A DNA stretch of 64,000 nt from Candidatus Saccharimonadota bacterium (GCA_027459325.1 DAIDIO010000002.1:1951-65950), one strand, 5' to 3'; positions 28,164 through 36,289 are shown, numbered from the stretch's first letter. Notes: generated by a model from the sequence alone, not told the origin. A program made the numbers and translations.

Positions 28164-28575
28164 TTGTGATTCCGCTAAGACGGAATTCAAGCACCTTTTA
28201 CCCCCATTCTAACGTCTAACTCTTAAAACAAGAGATAGACATTAAGTTAGATTGTTTTAGAGCGCGCCATAAGAAAAGTTGTTACCCTCCACTTCTCTTT
28301 AATAAGCATGTTTAGGGGCAACCCTAAACACGCTCTAAAACATACTAACCCCTTTAACTAGATTCCTCGGATTTTTTTAAGTCCCCGGGGTCCCCGTCAG
28401 AAGTGAGCCTAAACGGTAGCTTTGAAGTTGACTTCAAGGCTGACACAGTCATCTTATATGTTCGACATGATGTTTCGCTGGGGTGGGTTGAAGGGTAATT
28501 CCTTGGGGCAAACAAGTTTTGTCCCTAGTAACAGGCTAACGAGCGGTGCCCACCCCCTCTCGTTGGCCTGTTTTT
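28164..28575 (+). ncRNA. candidate structured non-coding RNA (about 410 nt), family not recognised
   Basis: The region is bounded by the promoter above and an intrinsic terminator: AGGCTAACGAG 28533-28543 pairs with CTCGTTGGCCT 28559-28569, followed by GTTTTT. Internal structure includes:
- a 5' hairpin at 28163-28191;
- a hairpin at 28208-28251;
- an 11-bp long-range pairing, GTTTTAGAGCG 28254-28264 with CGCTCTAAAAC 28331-28341;
- a GCAA-tetraloop hairpin at 28310-28329;
- hairpins at 28419-28440 and 28505-28525;
- GGGGTGGG 28480-28487, complementary to CCCACCCC 28549-28556 in the terminator loop.
No ORF of 60 aa or more is present. Confidence 0.5.
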
Positions 28576-28578
28576 AGT

Positions 28579-29220
28579 TTAAATTAGGAAACTTCGGGTA
28601 TCTTGGGGTAAACTGCCGCCAAAGATGTATTCACTAATGATTGATAGAGTTTCCCGGCTTAGATTATTAAGCTCAGATAGCTCAGTTTTATTGAATTTCT
28701 GAAGCACAAAATCTTCTGATGGTATCTGTTCAGGACTTTTTGGTCCAATACCTATCCGTACCCGGCCGTAGTTTTCGCCAATGGCCTTTGAGATAGACTT
28801 AATACCATTGTGACCACCACTGCTGCCACCTATACGCAAACGGATCTGACCGAAGTTAATATCTAGATCATCATGAATTACCAGGATATGCTCGGGGCTT
28901 ATATGATAGAACTGAGACACTTCTAACACCGCTTCCCCGCTGAGGTTCATATAAGTAGTTGGTTTAATTGCAATTACTTTGGTAGCGTTCATGCTGCCTT
29001 CGCTTACATGGGCTTTAAAGTTTTTCTTTAGGATCCAACCACTCATTTCATCTGTTTTTTCGACAAATTCATCAATGCAGTAAAAGCCGATATTGTGGCG
29101 GGTCAGGTCATATTTGGTTTCGGGATTGCCGAGCCCTACCAGCAGTATGGTTTTATTAAGCCCGATAGTATAAAAGCTGGCATTATCGGTAACCTGTGGT
29201 CGTCTTTGAAGCCACCCCAT
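28579..29220 (-). CDS. pth: peptidyl-tRNA hydrolase
   Basis: Contains GLGNPETKYDLTRHNIGF. It has an N-terminal extension of about 25 aa if the track start is used. Confidence 0.9.
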   Translation of the reverse strand: MGWLQRRPQVTDNASFYTIGLNKTILLVGLGNPETKYDLTRHNIGFYCIDEFVEKTDEMSGWILKKNFKAHVSEGSMNATKVIAIKPTTYMNLSGEAVLEVSQFYHISPEHILVIHDDLDINFGQIRLRIGGSSGGHNGIKSISKAIGENYGRVRIGIGPKSPEQIPSEDFVLQKFNKTELSELNNLSRETLSIISEYIFGGSLPQDTRSFLI

Positions 29221-29222
29221 AA

Positions 29223-30581
29223 CTACTTTGAAACCTCTTTAGTTGGGCTGACGCCATGTTTATGGGCGACATGCTTTTCGATAAACCACAGCTGGACAGG
29301 CGTTCCCTCAAAGCCAAACGCTTCACGCATTCGGGTTTCTAAATAGCGTTTATAGCTCCAGTGAATGAATTTGGTTGAACTGCCGAAGATTTTGAAAGCT
29401 GGTATAGGATTATCTGTTTCCTGGACAATGTAATTAAGTTTAGGATTCCGATTCTTTAAACCGGCTGGCGGATGAGCCAGAATAGCCAGTTTTAACCAAC
29501 GGTTTAAGGTGCTGGTGGGAATTCGGGTTTGCCGGGCTCTCTCTATATCTAGTGCCAGGTCAAATATCTTAGTGACGTTCTGACCGGTCACGCTACTAGT
29601 GAAGATAAGTGGTGCCCAAGGGGCAAATTCAAAGTTAGCAGCAATTTGAGGTGCCAGCGCGTCCCGAGTGAAGGCGTCTTTGTCTTTAACGGCGTCCCAC
29701 TTGCTGACAACCAGAATCAGGCCCTTACCAGCGTCTTTAATCATGCCGGCAATTTTTTGGTCTAGCTGGACATTAAGTTCATTAACGTCCATGAGCATTA
29801 AACAGACATCAGCTTCCTCAATGGCACTGAGCGCCCGGATGACACTGAACTTTTCAACTCCAACCTTAATCTTGCCACTTCGCCTGATACCGGCAGTATC
29901 CAGGATTGCTACTTCTCTCCCCTTATATTTAATAATGGCGCGGTTAACATCCCGGGTTGTGCCGGCCCGGTCGGCAACAATGGCCTGCTGCTTTTTAGCC
30001 AGGGTGTTAAATAGATAAGATTTACCGACGTTTGGCCGACCTAAAATTGCGATCGTAAACCGGTCACTATCGTCAAAGTCCGTTACTTTTGGGATTTCTT
30101 CAGATAAATGAGTTAGCAGGTCACTGATGCCGCGGTTTTGTGTCGCTGAGGTAAAAAATATGGGTTTAATGCCCAGACGTTCAAAATTATGGGTCGATTT
30201 GCCGGCTTTATCTATCTTGTTAACAATTAAATAAACCGGCTTTTTACTTTTTAGGGCAAGCTTGGCTACCCGTCTATCTTCTTCGGTAATCGGCACATCG
30301 GCCTCTACTACTACCCAGATAATATCGGCGCTGTCGGCGGCTTGAATGATCTGTTCCTGAATGGTAAATTCAAAATCGTCTTCCGGATCTTTAATTCCAG
30401 CAGTATCAACCAACCAAAAATGGTGGTTGTTTATCTCGGCTTTGGCCATGACGGAGTCGCGGGTTGTTCCCGCTTCCCTTGCTACGATTGCCTCTCTACG
30501 ATCTAATATTGAGTTAAATAGACTAGATTTTCCGACATTGGCTCTACCGACAATTGCTATAATTGGTAGTTTCTTAGACAC
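29223..30581 (-). CDS. der: ribosome-associated GTPase Der/EngA
   Basis: Two tandem GTPase domains (GRANVGKSSLFN and GRPNVGKSYLFN) plus a KH-like C-terminus. Confidence 0.93.
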   Translation of the reverse strand: MSKKLPIIAIVGRANVGKSSLFNSILDRREAIVAREAGTTRDSVMAKAEINNHHFWLVDTAGIKDPEDDFEFTIQEQIIQAADSADIIWVVVEADVPITEEDRRVAKLALKSKKPVYLIVNKIDKAGKSTHNFERLGIKPIFFTSATQNRGISDLLTHLSEEIPKVTDFDDSDRFTIAILGRPNVGKSYLFNTLAKKQQAIVADRAGTTRDVNRAIIKYKGREVAILDTAGIRRSGKIKVGVEKFSVIRALSAIEEADVCLMLMDVNELNVQLDQKIAGMIKDAGKGLILVVSKWDAVKDKDAFTRDALAPQIAANFEFAPWAPLIFTSSVTGQNVTKIFDLALDIERARQTRIPTSTLNRWLKLAILAHPPAGLKNRNPKLNYIVQETDNPIPAFKIFGSSTKFIHWSYKRYLETRMREAFGFEGTPVQLWFIEKHVAHKHGVSPTKEVSK

Positions 30582-30610
30582 TGACCATATTATATCCTAT
30601 TAACCGGTTT

Positions 30611-31258
30611 TTACACCTCACTAAATTGGCCAGCCGGTAAAGATCCCAGGCGGTATCCACCTATCTGCTGACGGTGAAGCTTGATCACCTGGTAATTTAA
30701 GGCCTCAAAGGTCCGCCTGATTTGTCGATTTCTTCCCTCGCGAATGGTTACCTTAACGGTGTTTTTAGGCATCATATCAATTTGCATTTGGCTGACACCA
30801 TCACTGAGTATGATGCCTTCTGCGATTTGTACCTGGTCGGCTTTATTTAGCGGCTTATTAAGTTCAACAAGATATATCTTCTCTTTAGAGTATCGGGGGT
30901 GAGTCAGTTTTAAGGCTAGATCGCCATCATTGGTTAGTAAAAGAAGACCAGACGAGTCTTTATCTAATCTTCCAACGGGCTTAAGATCACGATAGTTGCT
31001 TGGCAATAGATCATAAATCGTCGGGCTTCCCTGTCCTTCCCGGCTGCAAACGTAGCCAACAGGCTTATTTAACATAATTGTAAGGATCCGGGACGGCTTT
31101 AATATTTTACCTTCGAGAGTTACTTGATCGGCGTTTGTGACCTGAGCGCCAGCGGTTGCTGGTTTTTCATTAATCATTATCTGGCCGTTCGAGATTAACG
31201 TATCGGCCTGACGCCTGCTGACACCTGTTGCCTGGGCAACAAATTTATTTATTCGCAT
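30611..31258 (-). CDS. RsuA/RluB-family pseudouridine synthase with S4 domain
   Basis: N-terminal S4 domain (RINKFVA..TGVSRRQAD) and a GRLDKDSSGLLLLTNDG motif. Confidence 0.85.
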   Translation of the reverse strand: MRINKFVAQATGVSRRQADTLISNGQIMINEKPATAGAQVTNADQVTLEGKILKPSRILTIMLNKPVGYVCSREGQGSPTIYDLLPSNYRDLKPVGRLDKDSSGLLLLTNDGDLALKLTHPRYSKEKIYLVELNKPLNKADQVQIAEGIILSDGVSQMQIDMMPKNTVKVTIREGRNRQIRRTFEALNYQVIKLHRQQIGGYRLGSLPAGQFSEV

Positions 31259-31267
31259 GTATAAACC

Positions 31268-32359
31268 CTAAAGCGAGATGCTGTTTGGGTCAAACGGTTT
31301 TTCAGGTGCGGTTGGCTGGGTTGAAGCTTGTTGAGGAGTAATAACACTGCCGACACCCGCTTCTTTAGCTTGCTCGGCGGCCAGTAAGGCCTGTATATCT
31401 GGTTTCTTATTAACTTCACTGTCGGCTGGTGGGTTTATAACTTTCTCATGAGACATGGTAGATGTTGAAGAGCTGGGTGCAGAGGTTTCAGAGTCAGCTT
31501 CGTTTTTAACGGCAGAGGTTGAAGATTGAATAGAAGCCGGTGCTGCACCAGGAGTTTCGTTCATTAAATTATTGACGGTGTCATTCATTAATTTATCGTC
31601 GTTAGCAGTTTCAGATGAGGTTTCAGCTGGTTGTGCTGCTGGAGCTGGGGCCGCAATTGGCGCAGGGTCAGCTACGCTAGGTTCAGTAGTTGGGGCGGGT
31701 GCATCGGTAGTGGCCCCCGCAACAAAATTTTCTATTTGATTTTCAATAGCTGCTGATTCTTCAGACGTTGTTTGGGCCTGGGAGGTTGAGTCGGTTATAG
31801 CTGGGTTTGTTACTGGTTGGGCTGCTTGAACCGGGGCCGCAACTGGCGCAGGGTCAGGAGCAGCAACCGGTGCTGGAGCTGGGGCCGCAACTGGCGCAGG
31901 GTCAGGAGTTGGAGCGGAGGCTGGAGCTACACTGGCGGGCGCAGGAGCTGCTACCGGTGCTGGGGCCGCAACTGGCGCAGGGTCAGCCGGCGCGTCCTCT
32001 AATAGTTCGTGGGCAACTCTTACAATATCTTCCAGAGTAACCTGAGATTTTACCAGGTATCGGTCAGCTCCGAGCTGATCTGCTCGTTGCTGGTCGTCAC
32101 TTTGTCCTAGAGCTGTGAGCATAATGACTTTTACGTTTTTCAGACCGTCAGTATTCTTAAGAATATCCAGCATCTCAAAGCCGCTGATTTTAGGCATCAT
32201 AACGTCAGATATAATTAGATCCGGTTTCTCTGCCTTGGCAACAGCAAGAGCGTCCTCGCCGTCTTTGGCGGTTACTATGGCATAGCCTTCGGCCTGTAGC
32301 CTGGCTTCATAGATTTCTCTTAGATTGTTGTCATCTTCGACAAGTAAAAGTTTTGACAT
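31268..32359 (-). CDS. response-regulator receiver domain fused to long Pro/Ala-rich low-complexity tail (no recognisable output domain)
   Basis: Canonical REC domain (LLVEDD, DLIISDVMMP, LTA, YLVK) followed by about 240 aa rich in PAPVAA repeats and Ser/Thr. Confidence 0.8.
   Translation of the reverse strand: MSKLLLVEDDNNLREIYEARLQAEGYAIVTAKDGEDALAVAKAEKPDLIISDVMMPKISGFEMLDILKNTDGLKNVKVIMLTALGQSDDQQRADQLGADRYLVKSQVTLEDIVRVAHELLEDAPADPAPVAAPAPVAAPAPASVAPASAPTPDPAPVAAPAPAPVAAPDPAPVAAPVQAAQPVTNPAITDSTSQAQTTSEESAAIENQIENFVAGATTDAPAPTTEPSVADPAPIAAPAPAAQPAETSSETANDDKLMNDTVNNLMNETPGAAPASIQSSTSAVKNEADSETSAPSSSTSTMSHEKVINPPADSEVNKKPDIQALLAAEQAKEAGVGSVITPQQASTQPTAPEKPFDPNSISL
31647..31986. repeat. 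four copies of a 25-nt GC-rich repeat inside the REC-tail gene
   Basis: GGGGCCGCAA(C/T)TGGCGCAGGGTCAG occurs at 31647-31671, 31833-31857, 31881-31905 and 31962-31986. Confidence 0.85.
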
Positions 32360-32423
32360 TGTTATACCTATCTATGCGGCTTATGTTTAATTAGTTTCAT
32401 TGTATCACGCTGACCATAAAATA

Positions 32424-33668
32424 TTAATTAATGGAAGTTACAGAGCCTGCTTTTGTTTGAGTCTGTAATGCATTGGCTTTTTCAGTAGTTAAGCGTGGCA
32501 GATTTATAAAAAAGGTACTCCCCTTGCCTAACTCGCTTTCTACCCAGATTCGCCCGTTATATAGCTCAATTATCTTCCGGCAAATAAATAGGCCTAAGCC
32601 GGTACCGCCAATTGTTCGGGTTGCCGAATTATCCACTCGGTAAAATTTCTGAAACAGATGGGGTAAATCTTCTTTTGGAATACCGGCTCCGGTATCCCTT
32701 ATAAAGCATTGGACCACTTGGTCATTTCCGGTAAGACCGATAGTAATTTTACCTTCAGGAGTGTATTTAACGGCGTTATCAAAAAGATTGGTTATAACTT
32801 CCCTTAACCGATCCGGGTCAACATAGGCATAGTAAAGAGGTGTAATTATCTTTTGGCTACCTTCTTTTGTGGCATTAATAACCGACTGATTTGTATCACC
32901 AAAAACGTAATCAACTTCCAAGTTTTTCTTTGCGGCAACTAACCTTAAATCGCTTATAATTTGGTTTAGAAATTCGTTTATTTCTACCACTGCCGGGTGG
33001 CTGGTCAGTCGACCGTCCTCAGCCTTGGCGCTAGTAAGTAAGTCTTGGAATAGTTGGCCCAAGTGCTGCGTCGAAGCGTGAGCTTTTTCCAGATAGCCTC
33101 TTGCCCGGCTATCTATAGTTGATACCTTGTCATTCAAAGCGAGAGCCAGATAACCTTCTATAGCAGCAACTGGAGTTCTCATCTCATGACTTGCAGTGCT
33201 TATAAAGTCCGCTCTTTGCTTCTCGTTAGATCTTTCCTCGCTTACGTTATTGAGCACTGCTACCGCTTGGTAGACTTGTTGATTAGAATTGATGAGCGGG
33301 GTTAAGTGAAGCCTTATCGGGATGCTTTGGTTATCCCGCGTTAGCAGCATTAAGTCGTTGTTAGTCATTGGGTTGCCGGTGCTAAATATCTGATGCAGAG
33401 GGTTTTGAGAGGCGTCCAGTTTTTCATTCTTGCTATTAACCAGCTGTACCACGGAATCAACATTTATCCCGGTTGCTTCATCGGTTTTCCAACCACACAG
33501 TTTGCTGGCACTTGGGTTTATAAGTTGGATGGTAAATTGGTTGTCGATTAATATCACACCATCGTCGAGTCCATCAATAATTACCTTGGACTGCAAGGTC
33601 TGATCGGCTTTGCTGGGTTTAGCTGTATCTGCACCGCCGGCAGTGTGGGAGAATAATTTTAGGCTCAT
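32424..33668 (-). CDS. cytoplasmic PAS-domain sensor histidine kinase
   Basis: PAS-like N-terminal half, H-box SHEMRTP, and N, G1 and G2 boxes (GTGLGLFICRKI). Confidence 0.85.
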   Translation of the reverse strand: MSLKLFSHTAGGADTAKPSKADQTLQSKVIIDGLDDGVILIDNQFTIQLINPSASKLCGWKTDEATGINVDSVVQLVNSKNEKLDASQNPLHQIFSTGNPMTNNDLMLLTRDNQSIPIRLHLTPLINSNQQVYQAVAVLNNVSEERSNEKQRADFISTASHEMRTPVAAIEGYLALALNDKVSTIDSRARGYLEKAHASTQHLGQLFQDLLTSAKAEDGRLTSHPAVVEINEFLNQIISDLRLVAAKKNLEVDYVFGDTNQSVINATKEGSQKIITPLYYAYVDPDRLREVITNLFDNAVKYTPEGKITIGLTGNDQVVQCFIRDTGAGIPKEDLPHLFQKFYRVDNSATRTIGGTGLGLFICRKIIELYNGRIWVESELGKGSTFFINLPRLTTEKANALQTQTKAGSVTSIN

Positions 33669-33771
33669 ACTTATTATGTTTATTTTAGCAAAATATATCT
33701 ATTTCTTTTAAGCTTTAGTTGTAATAGACGCCGCCTAACAGATCTGATAGTATATTGATGATATTAATCAT

Positions 33772-33846
33772 GGCCTCATCGTCTAGCGGCTAGGACACTG
33801 GGTTCTCATCCCAGCAACCGGAGTTCGATTCTCCGTGAGGTCACCA
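33772..33846 (+). tRNA. tRNA-Glu (anticodon CUC), CCA encoded
   Basis: Cloverleaf by eye: acceptor GGCCTCA/TGAGGTC, anticodon stem CTGGG/CCCAG with loop TTCTCAT, and T-arm GGAGTTCGATTCTCC. Confidence 0.9.
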
Positions 33847-33881
33847 TAGGAAACTTACAGATAAGTTTTGATTATAAATTT
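33839..33881 (+). repeat. att-like repeat, copy 0 (tRNA-Glu 3' end plus 35 nt downstream)
   Basis: The 43 nt GGTCACCATAGGAAACTTACAGATAAGTTTTGATTATAAATTT are identical to 34623-34665. Confidence 0.9.
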
Positions 33882-33952
33882 TAGACATACAAGTTGATTG
33901 TCAATTCTGATTTGTTAAGTAGTTCAATTCAGCTCAGCGCATAATCGCAGAT

Positions 33953-33982
33953 TTGACATAAACGTACAACTAACTGTACAAT
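33953..33982 (+). promoter_or_regulatory. promoter and GTACA-N6-TGTAC operator-like inverted repeat of TA cassette 1
   Basis: TTGACA (33953-33958), an 18-nt spacer, then TACAAT (33977-33982). The inverted repeat GTACA (33964-33968)/TGTAC (33975-33979) overlaps the -10 element. Confidence 0.5.
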
Positions 33983-34006
33983 AGAAATGTAATAAAAGGA
34001 TAACCC

Positions 34007-34264
34007 ATGAGTACAAAGACTATCGACGCAACAGATTTACGCAACAATCTATCCGCAACCATTAGCACTTTAGGAAAGGACGACATCTTGTTTATTAAGA
34101 GCCGAGGCAAACTTACAGGTAAAGCTATCATTGATGATGAGTTGCTCGAGGACTTACTCTTGCTAAAAGATGGTGAATATATCGCTGACATTGCCAGGGC
34201 GCGGGAAGAGATAAAGCAAGGTAATATTTACACGTTTAATGAGGTTTTTGGAGACGTTTTGTAA
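34007..34264 (+). CDS. Phd/YefM-family antitoxin
   Basis: 85 aa with a typical N-terminus (TIDATDLRNNLSATI). Its stop overlaps the toxin start (TAATG). Confidence 0.8.
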   Translation: MSTKTIDATDLRNNLSATISTLGKDDILFIKSRGKLTGKAIIDDELLEDLLLLKDGEYIADIARAREEIKQGNIYTFNEVFGDVL

Positions 34265-34527
34265 TGACTCCCTACCGCATAGTGTTTGCGGGTAGTAGCA
34301 AGAAGGATTTAGATAAACTTGACCGAGTTACGCGGCAGCGAATTGCTAAGAAACTCCAGTATTTCTTAGAGCAAGAAAACCCGCTAGTTTATGCCCGTCA
34401 ATTAGTCCACTCGAATATAGGCAGCTATCGCTTTCGAGTTGGTCACTATCGCATAGTATTTGATGTAAAAGGTCATACACTTCAGGTAGTAAGCATTAAG
34501 CACAGAAAAGATGTATATAAAGGCTAG
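34264..34527 (+). CDS. RelE/ParE-family toxin
   Basis: 87 aa with the YRFRVGHYRIVFDV...HRKDVY pattern. Confidence 0.8.
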   Translation: MTPYRIVFAGSSKKDLDKLDRVTRQRIAKKLQYFLEQENPLVYARQLVHSNIGSYRFRVGHYRIVFDVKGHTLQVVSIKHRKDVYKG

Positions 34528-34603
34528 GGTTTTACTTTAGCTTAGATTATTTCTCAAACCTTGAGTAGCATGTTCCATCTAATAATTTCTCCAGTCAATA
34601 ACG

Positions 34604-34665
34604 TATAAACCGAATGGTCTAGGGTCACCATAGGAAACTTACAGATAAGTTTTGATTATAAATTT
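34604..34665 (+). repeat. cassette-end element E1
   Basis: TATAAACCGAATGGTCTAGGGTCACCA plus 35 nt identical to the sequence downstream of tRNA-Glu. Confidence 0.9.
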
Positions 34666-34753
34666 CTGTAACTTGGGACTTTTCTCCAAGTGAATACAAG
34701 GCCAAAATTAACGCTTAAGAACCAGCCTCGATGTATTCGGCCACTACAGACTA

Positions 34754-34782
34754 TTGACACTAGGGTTAACTTAAGTTAAACT
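34754..34782 (+). promoter_or_regulatory. promoter plus 14-nt perfect palindrome of TA cassette 2 (leaderless layout)
   Basis: TTGACA (34754-34759), a 17-nt spacer, then TAAACT (34777-34782). The palindrome TTAACTTAAGTTAA (34766-34779) lies in the spacer. The ATG at 34789 falls at the expected transcription start and has no SD. Confidence 0.5.
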
Positions 34783-34788
34783 TGAATT

Positions 34789-35055
34789 ATGAAGACAATT
34801 GGCGCAAAAGATTTAAGACAAAATATGGATGAAGTGCTTGACCGTGTAATAAGTGGTGAGGACATCATTGTCCAGCATCGTTTTAAAAAGCCCGTGCGCT
34901 TGAGCGCCCTTAACACTTTGGCTAATAAGAACCGCCAAAAGCTTGCTGGTCTTAAAGCATTTGAGAAGGCTCCCAAACAACCTTCTTCGTTTAATTCCAG
35001 TAAGACTGTTAAAGAGCTTTACCATGAATCTATCTCTGACAAGTACGCAAGCTAG
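34789..35055 (+). CDS. Phd/YefM-like antitoxin (VapB role)
   Basis: N-terminus reads MKTIGAKDLRQNMDEVLDRV. It overlaps the PIN toxin gene. Confidence 0.6.
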   Translation: MKTIGAKDLRQNMDEVLDRVISGEDIIVQHRFKKPVRLSALNTLANKNRQKLAGLKAFEKAPKQPSSFNSSKTVKELYHESISDKYAS

Positions 35056-35434
35056 TAGTGTTTTTCTAGATGCCAATATAGTTCTTGAAATTATCCTAGA
35101 ACGACAAAACCAGCAATTGGCTAAAGAGTTGTTATATAAATATAGTGACAACTTGAATATCTCCTCATTAACTGCGCACCTCATTACATATTTTGGCCAG
35201 AAACGAGTTGATTTACCTGTGTTAAGGAGTTTTTTAGCGGACTACATTGTTCTCTCACTAGACTCCGAAGATTTTGAATGGGCGTTTAACAACATACGAA
35301 ATAATGATTTCGAAGACGCACTTCAACTTAGCATAGCAATAAGAAATGGTTGCAATAGTTTTATTACCTTTGATAAACAACTAGTTGATACCTACGCTAA
35401 CCTAAAAAATATTTCTATTCAGTTGCTCTCTTAA
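35024..35434 (+). CDS. vapC: PIN-domain toxin VapC
   Basis: I prefer the internal ATG at 35024 (MNLSLTS...). VFLDANIVLE (first acidic PIN residue) and later D/E positions are present. The track start at 34943 would overlap most of the antitoxin. Confidence 0.72.
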   Translation: MNLSLTSTQASSVFLDANIVLEIILERQNQQLAKELLYKYSDNLNISSLTAHLITYFGQKRVDLPVLRSFLADYIVLSLDSEDFEWAFNNIRNNDFEDALQLSIAIRNGCNSFITFDKQLVDTYANLKNISIQLLS

Positions 35435-35473
35435 GCGTTACGTTCCAACGTATTATCTCTATCAGGATAAGCG

Positions 35474-35534
35474 TATAAACCTAATGGTCGAAGGTCACCA
35501 GAGAAATCTTACAGATGAGAATTGGTTATAAATT
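35474..35534 (+). repeat. cassette-end element E2
   Basis: TATAAACCTAATGGTCGAAGGTCACCA, followed by a tail about 76 percent identical to that of E1. Confidence 0.8.
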
Positions 35535-35612
35535 ACGAATTTAATTGTTTGTAACCACACCAGTTCTTAACTCTCATGCATCATCCAGCGCATTATTTCA
35601 ACCACCATAGAC

Positions 35613-35632
35613 TTATAAACCGAGTGGCCTAG
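35613..35632 (+). repeat. partial cassette-end element E3
   Basis: TATAAACCGAGTGGCCTAGG, lacking the GGTCACCA terminus. Confidence 0.6.
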
Positions 35633-35648
35633 GATTAGCAATATCATA

Positions 35649-35677
35649 TTGACATTTTTATACCACTTTGATACTAT
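35649..35677 (+). promoter_or_regulatory. promoter of TA cassette 3 (leaderless layout)
   Basis: TTGACA (35649-35654), a 17-nt spacer, then TACTAT (35672-35677). The ATG at 35684 lies 7 nt after the -10 element. Confidence 0.5.
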
Positions 35678-35683
35678 TAAATT

Positions 35684-35965
35684 ATGACTACAAAACTACA
35701 AGTGCCTATAGACACTAATGTAAGAGACGGTCTTGAGCAGCGAGCCAAAGAACTTGGCTTTGATTCAGCTCAAGCATATATAAGATTTTGGGCAAAATCT
35801 GAAGTGGAAGGACGTAAAATTGATTTTGGCACTCCCATGGTCACTTTAAGTCCAGAGGCAGATAGCCGTTACGAAAAAGTTGTAGCGGATATGGCAAAGT
35901 TAAGAAAAACTGGAAAACTAAAGGCCTATTCGACAGTAGAAGAGTTCATGAAAGACCTTAAGTAG
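35684..35965 (+). CDS. antitoxin (RelB/DinJ- or RHH-like)
   Basis: 93 aa. Its stop overlaps the GTG start of the downstream toxin. Confidence 0.5.
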   Translation: MTTKLQVPIDTNVRDGLEQRAKELGFDSAQAYIRFWAKSEVEGRKIDFGTPMVTLSPEADSRYEKVVADMAKLRKTGKLKAYSTVEEFMKDLK

Positions 35966-36231
35966 TGAAACCTATATACAGAGATAAAAATTTTGAAAAG
36001 CACTTTAAGACCAGAATAACTCCCAATGATAATTTAGTTAAACAGTTTGAGCTAAGGTTAGCTATGTTTAGAGAGGGCGTCAGAGGCAAGCCTATTAATG
36101 ACCACGGCTTGAAAGGTAAAAAACGTATGTATAGAGCTTGGTCGGTTGCAGGAGATATTAGAGTGGTTTACCGTGAGACAGATGAATACTACGAGTTTCT
36201 AGATATTGGCTCTCACAACCAGGTTTATTAA
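35965..36231 (+). CDS. YafQ/RelE-type mRNA interferase toxin
   Basis: 88 aa with the F.K.FK...L...PL....DH.L.G....R...V..D.R..Y pattern. Confidence 0.68.
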   Translation: MKPIYRDKNFEKHFKTRITPNDNLVKQFELRLAMFREGVRGKPINDHGLKGKKRMYRAWSVAGDIRVVYRETDEYYEFLDIGSHNQVY

Positions 36232-36289
36232 GCTGAATAGCCTAGGTTTAGTGTTCTATTCCACCGAATAATTTCGCCTGCCAAAGCCT

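Noticed and set aside
28254-28341. GTTTTAGAGCG ... CGCTCTAAAAC resembles the start of a type II CRISPR repeat paired with an anti-repeat (sgRNA-, tracrRNA- or omega-RNA-like).
   Set aside because: There is only one inverted pair. No repeat-spacer periodicity exists, and no cas9, IscB or TnpB-like ORF lies anywhere nearby. I treat it as an internal helix of the ncRNA candidate rather than as CRISPR.
28371-28378. Internal run of seven T as a terminator that would split the region into two RNAs.
   Set aside because: No GC-rich stem immediately precedes the T-run, so it is unlikely to be an intrinsic terminator.
28164-28575. Tried to assign the intergenic RNA to RNase P RNA, tmRNA, SRP RNA or 6S RNA.
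   Set aside because: On either strand I found no P4 consensus halves in the right order, no tRNA-like 5'/3' pairing with a T-arm and CCA, no GGAA-capped SRP domain IV motif, and a size that does not fit 6S. AAGUCC and CAGAAG fragments are present but cannot be paired into a P4 helix. I left it unclassified rather than guess.
31807-32040. Plus-strand ORFs (77 and 61 aa) inside the PAPVAA repeat region.
   Set aside because: They are an antisense artefact of the GC-rich repeats. Their translations are Gly/Arg/Trp/Leu repeats.
34776-35184. Minus-strand ORFs (66 and 123 aa) within TA cassette 2.
   Set aside because: They are antisense to the antitoxin/PIN pair, which has a promoter, an operator and family motifs.
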